A stretch of 63,994 nt of DNA, counting the filler, from Octopus bimaculoides (lineage: Eukaryota): the NCBI RefSeq assembly GCF_001194135.2. It is 6 parts of 5 records of this genome, joined end to end, with 100 filler letters (N's around TTAATTAATTAA, not from the genome) between each part and the next. Parts side by side here need not be neighbours in the genome. Positions count along the whole stretch, not along the records: positions 40,777 to 57,225 come from NC_068985.1; positions 57,326 to 61,295 come from NC_069004.1; positions 61,396 to 63,994 come from NC_068996.1; 3 more parts are not named here. One strand, 5' to 3'. Each line of letters begins with the position of its first letter. Within the stretch, counting starts at the first letter, position 1. Positions 52,780-63,994 of the stretch are shown piece by piece. The position numbers and the translations under genes were made by a program. A model generated the notes under the pieces. That model did not search any database. It was not told where the DNA came from and worked only from the letters and a program-made list of their open reading frames with translations.

Positions 52780-54138
52780 ATAACGAAAGTTTATTTAGCC
52801 TACTAGTTAATTGCAACACCAGTGATTCGTTAATCACAGTTTTTTTATATTAGTAAGGGCTAAATTTGTCTAACCACGTGGTTGCTATTGGAAGGATATC
52901 GCTGATGACGCTCAGGGAAAGAGAAATACATATTTAACAATTCTACTGCTGCTGCTAGATACTTTCCGACAGCTGCTGATATATTTTTGTGTTTTTTAAC
53001 ACTATATGTCTATACGGGATGCTTTCTCAAGGCGATACCGCAGTTTCAACGCTTTCTGCAGTATATCACAACGAAGCATGACATACAGAATGCAAATCTT
53101 TTCAGAGTTTAAAAATACATGGAATTTACCAATATAGAATTTTCATTCAGGTAAATTCCTCTGAACAAACTCAAAAATACTTGCCCACTAACATCCCTGT
53201 GCTTGAACAAATAGACTTAAAATTGACTATTGAGAGGGTAGTATTAAGTTAAACATGCCATAGGCCGTTGCTCATAAAAATATTCTTGTGTACTGTGTTC
53301 TACATTCAATGCATAATAAAATATATCAGGTGATAGTGTTTTAGTTTTCTAACATCAGACCTTGCACAATCTGAAAGACTTTTACGACTGTGTTGCCTGG
53401 CCAAATTATTTAACTCTTGCTTTATTTTAGGAAGTTTTTAGAAGGGTTGCATCTTCCAACTATAAGACGCATTCATGATATTTCTGATGTTTGTCCTTGT
53501 ATATGCTTGTATACTTTATTTTATCTTATCTTACTATTTTAGACATTTTAGAGACTTAAAACTATATATTTATTGATTCTAGAATGATTTGAACACACAC
53601 ATATTTATTAAATCTTGCGTTGGATATACGGTATTGTTCCTGTGGTCTTCCACCCTTATGTATCCATTCTTACCATAATTTGTATATATATATATATATA
53701 TTATATACATATATATACACACACACATATACAAATGCATACAAATATGCGTTTGTATGTGTATGTATAATATATGTTTATCTGTGTTTGTGTGTGTGTG
53801 TTTTTGTGGTGTATGTGTGTGTGTGTCTGTGTGTGCATGCACGTGGGTCTGTGCACGCGCACATGTGCGTGTTTGTAACTGAATACTTAATCCAATAAAT
53901 GGCAATATGAAAAACCATATTTCTTTAATGAGATGGTTGATGTTACTTTATTGACACTGTAACGAATCTCAGGTTCAATGCTGAACAGTTTTAAATGTAA
54001 CTACAATTTTCACATCCATTATGTTTGCTTATTTTTGATTCGTACAAAACACTTGGGAGAAAACCTGCTCACATCAATATGAAGCGAAGAATGTTAAAAT
54101 TTTGTTCACAGCTCACAGACCCAGTTTGGGAACCGCTA
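52780..54138 (-). mobile_element. Possible decayed hAT element: terminus at 54138 and faint transposase N-terminal remnants
   Basis: The minus strand begins tagcggttcccaaactggg, with gtcTAcag flanking at 54139-54146. Weak BED-finger-like residues (CDIL..ALK..LE) lie near 53030-53090. Confidence 0.3.
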
Positions 54139-54723
54139 GTCTACAGAACGAAAGTGGTTAAGTTTCTTTTGTGTAATGAAACCAATGGGGTTAATCAACC
54201 ATAAATGAATTAAGAAAAGTGAAGCAATTTACTTTATATGACACAATAGCGTGAGATTTAAACAGGCAATTATTACACTTATGATTGCATAATATCCTCT
54301 GTCCTCTACTTTATTCTCCCATAGACATAAATTCAAAGGAACATGTTATGCATTTTTTTCACTCAAGGTTTTCAGCTGCGTTTTATTCTATTTTGGGGAG
54401 TTTTTTTCTTAATTCTGGATCACTTAAATTTATTGAATATTTTCAAGGACCTCTCGAGCGTAAAATCCAAAGGAATTGAACTAAAAATTAAACATACCAA
54501 TTACAATTTGATTTTAATGTTTTAATTAAAAGGGCCATGTCTCTGGTCCTTTACAAGGCTTTTGAGGCGAGTAAAGTCCGTGATGCAAATAAGGTGTGTG
54601 TGTGTGGAGGGGGGTCTATAATGCATGATAACAGCGAAACGAAATATCGTTAACACAGCAGTAATTTCATTTATATTCTATCTAAATGCAATCTGTCTGG
54701 TCAACTACGATCAATGTATGTCA

Positions 54724-55260
54724 TCTTACTATAATGGGCGTTATGTCCGTCTGTACGACTGTCTGCTCCCTTTTCACGATCAAACGGCTGGAACAATGGT
54801 CACTATGTTTTTCGGAATTACCATGTAGATAATAAGGACGGTTTTTAGCAAAAATAAAAGTGAAAAAGTATGACTGTTTAGTGGATATTGAGCTTTGTAT
54901 TAGTAAATCACCTTTATTTGTTAAAATTCCGCCGACGAGGATTATCTCTGGCACCCCCTCTACCTCCCCGTATAGTTCGTGAATATCCTTTTATTTCCCA
55001 TCGTAGATGGGCAGATTTCCTATCATACAATAATGGGCGTTATATCCGTCTGTCTGTCCGTCTGTTCGTCTCTTTGTCTGTTCCCTCTTCACGGCCAGAC
55101 AGCTGGACCAATGGTTACGATATTTTTCGGGATTGCAAAGACGGTCGGCAGGAAAGTTTTTAGCATTAAAAAATCAGAAAATAAGATTATTTCGTGGATA
55201 TCGATTTTTGAATTGATAAACCACCTTCGCATTTTTATTAAAAATTCCCTGACCACGAGT
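54724..55260 (+). mobile_element. Two tandem Helitron-like 5' segments (starts 54724 and 55023)
   Basis: Both start A|TC..taatgggcgtta.tccgtctgt..cacg..aaacggctgga/agacagctgga..caatggt. No CTAG 3' end seen. Confidence 0.45.
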
Positions 55261-56270
55261 AACTCTGGATTTTCATTGTATTGTTCGTGGCCTCATCGTA
55301 GATNNNNNNNNNNNNNNNNNNNNNNNNNNNNNNNNNNNNNNNNNNNNNNNNNNNNNNNNNNNNNNNNNNNNNNNNNNNNNNNNNNNNNNNNNNNNNNNNN
55401 NNNNNNNNNNNNNNNNNNNNNNNNNNNNNNNNNNNNNNNNNNNNNNNNNNNNNNNNNNNNNNNNNNNNNNNNNNNNNNNNNNNNNNNNNNNNNNNNNNNN
55501 NNNNNNNNNNNNNNNNNNNNNNNNNNNNNNNNNNNNNNNNNNNNNNNNNNNNNNNNNNNNNNNNNNNNNNNNNNNNNNNNNNNNNNNNNNNNNNNNNNNN
55601 NNNNNNNNNNNNNNNNNNNNNNNNNNNNNNNNNNNNNNNNNNNNNNNNNNNNNNNNNNNNNNNNNNNNNNNNNNNNNNNNNNNNNNNNNNNNNNNNNNNN
55701 NNNNNNNNNNNNNNNNNNNNNNNNNNNNNNNNNNNNNNNNNNNNNNNNNNNNNNNNNNNNNNNNNNNNNNNNNNNNNNNNNNNNNNNNNNNNNNNNNNNN
55801 NNNNNNNNNNNNNNNNNNNNNNNNNNNNNNNNNNNNNNNNNNNNNNNNNNNNNNNNNNNNNNNNNNNNNNNNNNNNNNNNNNNNNNNNNNNNNNNNNNNN
55901 NNNNNNNNNNNNNNNNNNNNNNNNNNNNNNNNNNNNNNNNNNNNNNNNNNNNNNNNNNNNNNNNNNNNNNNNNNNNNNNNNNNNNNNNNNNNNNNNNNNN
56001 NNNNNNNNNNNNNNNNNNNNNNNNNNNNNNNNNNNNNNNNNNNNNNNNNNNNNNNNNNNNNNNNNNNNNNNNNNNNNNNNNNNNNNNNNNNNNNNNNNNN
56101 NNNNNNNNNNNNNNNNNNNNNNNNNNNNNNNNNNNNNNNNNNNNNNNNNNNNNNNNNNNNNNNNNNNNNNNNNNNNNNNNNNNNNNNNNNNNNNNNNNNN
56201 NNNNNNNNNNNNNNNNNNNNNNNNNNNNNNNNNNNNNNNNNNNNNNNNNNNNNNNNNNNNNNNNNNNNNT

Positions 56271-57037
56271 GGAGCATGGATTCCGCATGCTTTAAGTGAC
56301 AACAACAAAAATCAATGAGCCACAATGTCCGCTGGCTTGCTTGCTCGTCTCTGCTCAACTCATGGACACAAGCAACGATTTCTTTACCGAATCGTTGCTG
56401 GCGACGAAAAATGGTGCCTGTACATCAATATGAAGCAGCATAAGGAAAGGCTTAGCCCCGGTAAACAAGTGACACCGAGCATGAAACAAGATCTTCATCC
56501 GCATAAAACGATGTTGTGCATATGGTGGGACTGGGAAGGGATTATCCATTACGAATTGCTTGAACGGAGCCAAACGGTCAACGCGGAACTCTATGTGCAA
56601 CAGATGGAACGACTCAACACGTCTATTCAAGAGAAAAGACCTAATCGGCAGCATGAAGTTCTTCTGCTGTACAACAACGCCCGCCCTCATATCGCCAATA
56701 TGACCAAGAAAGCCATTCAAACACATGGTTGGGAAGTGCTGCCACACCCGCCGTACTCTCCTGATTTGGCACCAAAGGATCCTCACCTCTTTGGATCTCT
56801 TTCAAATGTTATGTGCGGAATTTCGTTCAATGCTGATGCAGAATTGAGAGCTTGGTTGCATCAATTTTTCGAGTCGAAATCGGGTGATTTCTACCAACGA
56901 GTTATTAAAAATCTTGTTGAACGTTGGGAAAAAGTTTTAAGCAACAAGGGTGAATATATGATTGATTAATTAGTTATTTTTCAATAAACCTAGCAAAAAA
57001 TTTAAATTTAAAAAACGGCGGGAACTTGCCAACCTAA
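56271..57037 (+). mobile_element. Mariner (DD34D) transposon, decayed; 5' half in gap
   Basis: GAWIPHAL (WVPHEL motif), in-frame TGA at 56316-56318, then ORF 56325-56969 with IVAGDEKW, YNNARPH (second catalytic D replaced by N) and HPPYSPDLAPKD with 34-residue spacing. Right TIR aaaaacggcgggaacttgccaacctaa followed by TA (57038-57039). Confidence 0.93.
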
Positions 57038-57093
57038 TATGTATACATATATATGTGTGCATACATACATATATACATACATACATACATATA

Positions 57094-57129
<36 letters not shown>

Positions 57130-57132
57130 TAT

Positions 57133-57165
<33 letters not shown>

Positions 57166-57325
57166 AGGAGATTTGCATGAATCACCAACAGACACCGAGA
57201 AAATATACATATGCAGTTTAGGAACNNNNNNNNNNNNNNNNNNNNNNNNNNNNNNNNNNNNNNNNNNNNTTAATTAATTAANNNNNNNNNNNNNNNNNNN
57301 NNNNNNNNNNNNNNNNNNNNNNNNN

Positions 57326-57455
57326 ACTGTACAAATCCAAATATATGGTACCCAAGGCATAACATACACATGAACTTCTAAATTGTTGTCTCTTGAGGTC
57401 TCTGGGAGAGACTTGGATCCAACTTGTACAAATGCAAAACAAAAGTCAAGCATAA
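57326..57455 (+). mobile_element. Probable 3' UTR of an R4/Dong-type LINE, ending in an (AAT)n tail
   Basis: ..ttgtctcttgaggtctctgggagagacttggatccaacttgtacaaatgcaaaacaaaagtcaagcataa runs directly into (AAT)n. It resembles the 3' end of this LINE family as I recall it from octopus sequence; not verifiable within the window. Confidence 0.5.
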
Positions 57456-57489
<34 letters not shown>

Positions 57490-57494
57490 GTGAC

Positions 57495-57541
<47 letters not shown>
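57456..57541. repeat. (AAT)n microsatellite with one agtgac interruption
   Basis: Directly visible. Confidence 0.97.
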
Positions 57542-57543
<2 letters not shown>

Positions 57544-60500
57544 TAGCACAACATGGATGTGCTACACCGGGCTCTCCATTCAAAAACAAATCTAATCTAA
57601 TAACATCGGTGGAATAGGATAAAGGAACCTGTGGAAGACTTGAAGGAAGCGGTCAATTAACGAGCGCGATGTCTCGGTGAAACATGTGCGAAACACATAC
57701 GCGAAATCAACATCGGAAAGTTTGCAACTTATAAAATACAAATGGAATAAAAAAGTAAGTACATAAATTGATTAATTACGCATACCCTCGAATGTTTACA
57801 CAATCATATATTCATTTTGATGCCCATACGGACTACACATACATCTCAATAATTACACAACTTCGTGAAATTTACAGGACACACATTCACGCTTATGAAA
57901 ATATATGTCACAAACGAAGCAAAAACAACAAAGAAAAACTATATCTTTATTTTTCGAACTAACACAGACAGAGTGAACAATTTATAAGTTTAAAAACACC
58001 ACAAAAGACTATGCCCGAGATAAATTTATCAACAAAAAAATACAGACGAATACAGATCTGTTAGCCTTAAGAAGCTATGTTACGAGCAATGTTTACATGC
58101 AGAGAACTCGGAGATGGTGTTGTCTCAAAAAATTAACCCTAAACAGACAGATCCGTCCCCTAATGTCAACGTCCAAGCTCGTCATGCCTCAATAATAACA
58201 AAGCGAATTGGTCGTCGACCGGAACACAAAGGGTCACGTACTCGAATGATGAACCAGCTACTGGTTCAAATCTTCCCGAAACGCAGGAGCTGGAAGTACC
58301 CCACAAGCGGAATATTCCAACAGATGGCCTTCCATGCTCGTCATCAAATTACCAAAAGAAAAAGAATGAAAAACGGCCTGGGGAAGATAATAAAGAAGTT
58401 CTTACGGCCTTCTATCACGCCATATATTTCCCCACAAATAAATCTAATACTGTACAAGCCTACTTAAACTGGAGACAGAAACACCTTGAAGTAAGACCCT
58501 ACATAGACAGTAACAAACTTGCCAACGTCAGAAGAAACATTATGAAAAAAAATTACTAACTGAAGTAGAGATTGACCAAATTAAACAAGCAGTAAGGGAT
58601 AAAAGGAACAAAGCTGCAGCTAAAGAAGATACTACAGAGGAAATAATTATAGACCCGCCCAAGGCTGATGAAAATGCGGTAATGATTGAAAGAGGTAATG
58701 TAACTAATAGGCAAAGTGAAATACTCTCTGAACCCACCATAAACACTAAGGCAGATGAAAATCAAATAGATGAAGAATGTCACACAGATATTGATCCAAC
58801 AGAAATACATGATCTAAAAAAATCAAATCATGATTGAATGGCTGAAAATTAAAGAAACGAGTATGAATGAATGCGACACTCTCCCCAAAATTCGCAATTC
58901 TAACTAAAACCTGAAAATAATTGGTAAAATCCGCCCTGCACTTAAGGATATAATTTCAGCTAATGATGTTGATATCACAGATCTCAACCACCTGTACTAT
59001 GCATCCGCGAAAATCTTAACGATTCTATGTGGTGAAAAGATTATAAAACGACAACATTCCCACAAAATGCCTGCTTGGCAAGAGTGTAGTCAACACCAAA
59101 TCCAGCTACTTAGGTCTGACATAGAATGTTTTAAAAGCCTTAAGTTTGACAAAACTATCATATCTACAAAAACCCAAAACTTAAAGAAAAAAAATATATG
59201 TAAACCATATTTGACATTGATACCACCATATAAACCATCAAGCAAAAGGTATGTGCTAAAGCTGCCTGCATAACAAGGTATGAAAAGCACGTTAGATTCT
59301 TTAAGGACAACAACATGTTCAAAAATAACCCCAAAAATTTTTATAGGAAGATGAGGAAAATACCAGTTACAGTAAAGTCTGTCCCGTCAAAAGAAGTGCA
59401 GGAATTTTGGAATAAAATTTGGGCAGAAGAAAAAAAACACAACGAAACGGTTCCTTGGATTGAAGGAATATCTACAGACTTAGACTCCTTAGAGGAGCAA
59501 AAGTGGGAGGGTGTCAAGGTAGAAGATATAAGATATACTCTCAGGAAGTCAAGCAAATGGAAGTCTCCAGGAAAGAATAAAATTTCTAACTTTTGGTTGG
59601 ACGCCTTCCCAGAGAATTAACAAAACTTTACAACAATGTTTTACAACAACCTAGTAGGATTCCCTCTTCGCTAGTTAATGGTGTAACATTCCCACTTCCA
59701 AAAAATGAAGAAATAAATGAACCAAACAATTATAGACCCAAAACCTGCTTAACAACAATGTATAAAACGCTAACATCTGTCTTGACAGAATATACCTATA
59801 ATTGTTTAATAGAAAGTGACATATTCCTTAATGAGCAAAAAGGATGTAAACGTGGGTCCTATGGTTGTAAAGATCAGCTACTCCTCAATAAAATGATCTT
59901 GGAAGATTGCCACAAACGACACAAACACTTCTCGATAGCCTGGATAGACAATAAAATAGCTTTTGATAGTCTACCACATAGCTGGATTAAGAAATGTCTG
60001 GAAATGTATAAAATAACACCTAATCTGCGAAACTTCTTGCCTGTAAGTATGAGTTCATGGAGAACCACACTGACTTTGAACAGTGACAATGAATCTCTAA
60101 ATGTTGGAGATGTAAGAGTTTCCTGTGGCATTTTCCAGGGTTACTCTCTATCACCACTCCTTTGCTTAGACTTAATACCTCTCTCAAAATTGCATAATGA
60201 TGTACAGTATGGTTATAAAATGTTCGATAAAAATATAAATCGTCTCATTTAGATAGATGATTTAAAGCTCTTTGCAAAAAATGACCAACAACTCAAAGGC
60301 CTACTAGCGATTGTTAAACAATTCAGTGATGACATCAGGATGCAATCTGGCCTCGATAAATGTGCAAAAGCTACCTTTATCAAAGGAAAAATGACAGAAA
60401 AATTCAATGTTAATCTGAACCAGCTTAATGTCATAATGTAATTAGAACCAGCGGAGAGCTACGAATACCTAAGGGTATTTGAAGGGGCTGGAATCAAACA

Positions 60501-61295
60501 TTCAGTGATGAGGGAAAGGATCAGAAGAGAATGTTATCGCAGGGTAAGAGCAATACTCAAGACAGAGCTGAATGCAAGAAACAGGATCGAAGCGATCAAT
60601 ACTTTAGCCATACCAGTCGTGACTTACAGTTTCAATATTATTAACTGGTCAATTACTGAAATATGTAACCTTGACAGTAAAATACGAAAATTGTTGAGAA
60701 TACAAAGAATGCACCACACTAAGGCAGATATAGAACGACTTTACTTGCCAAAAAAAGAGTGAGGCCGTGGACTTCTACAAGTGGAATTAACAATGAAGAT
60801 TGCCACAATTGGCCTAGGACCTACCTGAAAAACTCTGAGGACTGGCTGTTAAAACTTATCTCAAAACATGAAAACAAGAAAGCATCTTACTCAATAATAA
60901 GGCAGGCAAAGGAATATATAAGTGAATTCAAAATACAACAAATTTCAGAATCAGACGTGCTAGAAACAAGCACAGAAAAAAAGCTAAGAGTATGAAAGCT
61001 CGTGCTAAAACTGCTACCTTAGATATTCTTACTGATAAATGGCAAGAAAAACCTTCTCAATGGCAAATACCCAAAGAGAGGTAATAGTGTCGATGTTGAC
61101 AAAGCCCTTATCCATCAATGGTTAATGACTTCTGGTTTAAAATCAGAAATAGAAGGGTTTATCATAGCAGCCGAAGATCAATGCCTACCTACAAGGAGCT
61201 TCCAGACCAACATATTAAAGAACAGCAGTAGTACATGTCGTGTATGTCAATAACAAAATGAAACCATTGATCATGTTGTCTCCATGTGCCGTCTT
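57542..61295 (+). mobile_element. R4/Dong-clade non-LTR retrotransposon (RT plus CCHC; RLE type), near full length, decayed; 3' end lost in gap
   Basis: KNNPKNFYR, FWNKIW, KWKSPG, YRPKTCLTTMYK, EQKGCKRGSYGCKDQL, AWID..AFDSLPHSWI, IFQGYSLSPLL, *IDDLKLFAK (YMDD), AINTLAIPVVTYSF, EGFIIAAEDQ, and C-X2-C-X8-H-X4-C (CRVCQ*QNETIDHVVSMC) at about 61235-61289. No N-terminal AP endonuclease. Multiple stops and frameshifts. Confidence 0.9.
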
Positions 61296-61432
61296 NNNNN
61301 NNNNNNNNNNNNNNNNNNNNNNNNNNNNNNNNNNNNNNNTTAATTAATTAANNNNNNNNNNNNNNNNNNNNNNNNNNNNNNNNNNNNNNNNNNNNTCTCT
61401 TTCTCCTACTCTCTATCTCTCTATCTTTATAA

Positions 61433-61492
<60 letters not shown>

Positions 61493-62014
61493 GTCTATCT
61501 ATTTATCTACATACATAAAAGCATACATACACACATACATCCATACATACATACACACACGCACATACATACATGCATACATACACACATACACGGACAT
61601 ATATACACACAGACACACATACATACATACATACATACATACATACATACATACACATTACTATCAAAATGAACTCTGCTATCTCAGACGACGGATGAGG
61701 CTTCCGTTATTTCTGGCCGAACAACCATACAGATGATTTGGTGATATTGATCAAATATTCAAAAGTGTTGTACATTAATTCACACCCTCCATTAAATCGA
61801 CACAGCATATACAGGTGCACAAGTTTGCCACGCGTTAATTGTAATAATTGCAAAGCAACGTGAAGTCAAATGTTTTGCTCAAGAACAGAACCCACTTCCC
61901 AGTCTGGGAATTGAAAAGTGTTCCCACGTCAGACGTAATACACTTACATACCATTAGCTATGTAAGTATATAAAAATATTTTAAGTATGCATACATATAT
62001 AAGTATATATACAT

Positions 62015-62400
62015 GTATTCTTCTGTATGGAGCAGAAACGTGGCCCTTCTCGATGATGCTAGCAGATATCGATGGCTTCGATAGCAGAGCTATAACAACC
62101 ACCGAGAAAATCAGATGGTACCGTCATGTTTCCAACAAAAAACTGCAGCCTTCCAATTTATAACTAGCTGTCGTGTGAGCTGGTACGGACATACCCACCA
62201 TCTCAGACAAAAACAACCTGTCGGGGCTTTACTCTCGTTGAACGCGGCCTCGTGGCAGGCCCTGCGCCAGTTGGGTGGACGTGATGGAGGAAGATCATCA
62301 GAGGCCCGACGTCACATTAGAGGATGCAGAGGGACTGGCACGGGACCGCAGCGATGAAGAGCACTGGTGGATCTGGTCAGCTCTACGCATGAGGATCTCT
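62015..62400 (+). mobile_element. RTE LINE C-terminal fragment
   Basis: ILLYGAETW and PRGRPCASWVDVMEED..EGLARDR. Confidence 0.75.
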
Positions 62401-62407
62401 TTGGGAC

Positions 62408-62505
62408 CAGAATTGTTGATGCGCTGGACGAAATGCTTAGCGGCATTTCGCTCGGTGATACGTTGTGAGTTCAAATTCTTCCGAGGTCGACTTTGCCTTT
62501 CATCC
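62408..62505 (+). mobile_element. SINE family B/C 5' part
   Basis: ggacgaaatgcttagcggcatttcg..gagttcaaattc..gaggtcgactttgcctttcatcc. Confidence 0.8.
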
Positions 62506-62509
62506 ATTA

Positions 62510-63295
62510 TAGGCGCAGGAGTTACTGCGTGGTAAGTAGCTTGCTCACCAACCACATGGTTCTGGGTTCAGTCCCACTGTGTGGTATCTTGGACAAGTGT
62601 CTTCTACTGTAGCCTCAGGTTGACCAAAGCCTTTTGAGTGAAAGAAATTCGTCGTATATATATATATATATATATATATATNNNNNNNNNNNNNNNNNNN
62701 NNNNNNNNNNNNNNNNNNNNNNNNNNNNNNNNNNNNNNNNNNNNNNNNNNNNNNNNNNNNNNNNNNNNNNNNNNNNNNNNNNNNNNNNNNNNNNNNNNNN
62801 NNNNNNNNNNNNNNNNNNNNNNNNNNNNNNNNNNNNNNNNNNNNNNNNNNNNNNNNNNNNNNNNNNNNNNNNNNNNNNNNNNNNNNNNNNNNNNNNNNNN
62901 NNNNNNNNNNNNNNNNNNGTATGTATGTATGTGTGTATTTATGTGGGTGTGTATGATGGTGTGTCTGTGTTTGTCCCCCACCGTCGCTTGACAACCGATG
63001 CTGGTGTGTTTACGTCCCCGTAGCTTAGCAGTTCAGCAAAAGAGACTGCGGCCATGCTGGAACACCACCATAAGTCGAACAGTTTGGCCCAGGACTTATT
63101 CTTTGTAAGCCTAGTTCTTGTTACATCGGGTCCCTTTTGCCGAACCGGTAATTTACGGGGACGTAAATACACCAGCATCGGTTGTCAAGCGATATTGGGC
63201 GGACAAACACAAACACACAAATACACAGACAAACACACACATATACACACACCACACTGGTATACATATAATACGGGCTTCTTTGAGTTTCCGGA
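62510..63295. mobile_element. Two SINE family A copies fused tail-to-tail (+ 62510-63046, - 63044-63295)
   Basis: The plus copy ends ..gcaaaagagac and the minus copy begins gactgcggccatgc; they share the 3-bp gac at 63044-63046. Confidence 0.85.
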
Positions 63296-63539
63296 TACAA
63301 AAAGGGCTGAGAGGAAAATGCTGAATGGCAATGATGATTGTTGATGACCGAGACAAATGCATGGAAGTGTGTCTCCTGTGCATCTACATAATCCATAGGA
63401 CGTGTGTATGTATTATATGTGTGTGTGTGTGTGTGCATGTATATGCATGCATGCATGCATGTATGTATATATGTATGTATGTATTTATTTATTTATGTAT
63501 GTATGTATGTATGTATGTATGTATGTATGTATGTATGTA

Positions 63540-63830
63540 TGTGAGAGTTCAAGAAAAGACAACAGACGAAGACAGGTGGTGTAAACAACAAACAGATGTA
63601 TTAGTATAACGCTCGGTAATAGAGAAAGTCATTAACGTTTCGAGCCTACGCTCTTCAACAGAAAGAAACAAGAAGACAAAAGAATATATGTGTAGTGGTC
63701 AGCGATCTATCATGGCGAATGCCGGACAGAAGGGTCACCCAGGAGAGTGAAGAAGAATGGGAAATACCAAAGAAGTAGTGATGTCAAAACGAAGGGGCGT
63801 GTGTGTGAGAGAATGCTGGTGATCTTAACG
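63540..63830 (-). mobile_element. Penelope-like terminal fragment with hammerhead variant at 63632-63664
   Basis: Minus strand reads cuuu-CUGUUGA-A-GAGC-guag-GCUC-GAAA-C-G-U-U-aau within a pyrimidine-rich repeat. Confidence 0.55.
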
Positions 63831-63902
63831 TCTGTCTGTCTGTCTGTCTGTCTGCCTACCTGTCTGTCTGTCTGTCTGTCTGTATGTCTATCTATCTGTC
63901 TG

Positions 63903-63937
<35 letters not shown>

Positions 63938-63994
63938 ATCTATCTATCTATCTATCTTTTTATATTGATATATGTTTATACATACACACACACA

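Overview
AT-rich, gappy eukaryotic scaffold, inferred to be octopus (coleoid cephalopod) from its SINE/LINE families and extreme microsatellite load. It is almost entirely intronic or intergenic repeat DNA, and most supplied ORFs are artefacts of (CA)n/(TA)n tracts and N-gaps. The only host-gene signal I can support is one 59-nt minus-strand exon (31489-31547) encoding AALKKADVVPSAVLTTHKHW, the first metal-binding motif of a glyoxalase II / PNKD-like hydrolase; its other exons are not visible. Transposon-derived content: a decayed Chapaev3-type transposase (6495-7932), a decayed DD34D mariner (56271-57037), four mariner MITEs, and a near full-length decayed R4/Dong LINE (57542-61295) sitting on a (TAA)n tract that appears to be the tail of another copy. 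There is also a Merlin-like MITE with perfect 28-bp TIRs and an 8-bp TSD, a piggyBac-like MITE, non-autonomous Helitrons, RTE and Penelope fragments with several minimal hammerhead ribozyme motifs, and more than 30 tRNA-derived SINE fragments. The SINEs include a TSD-flanked dimer and a tail-to-tail fusion. All family assignments come from motif recall, not database searches.
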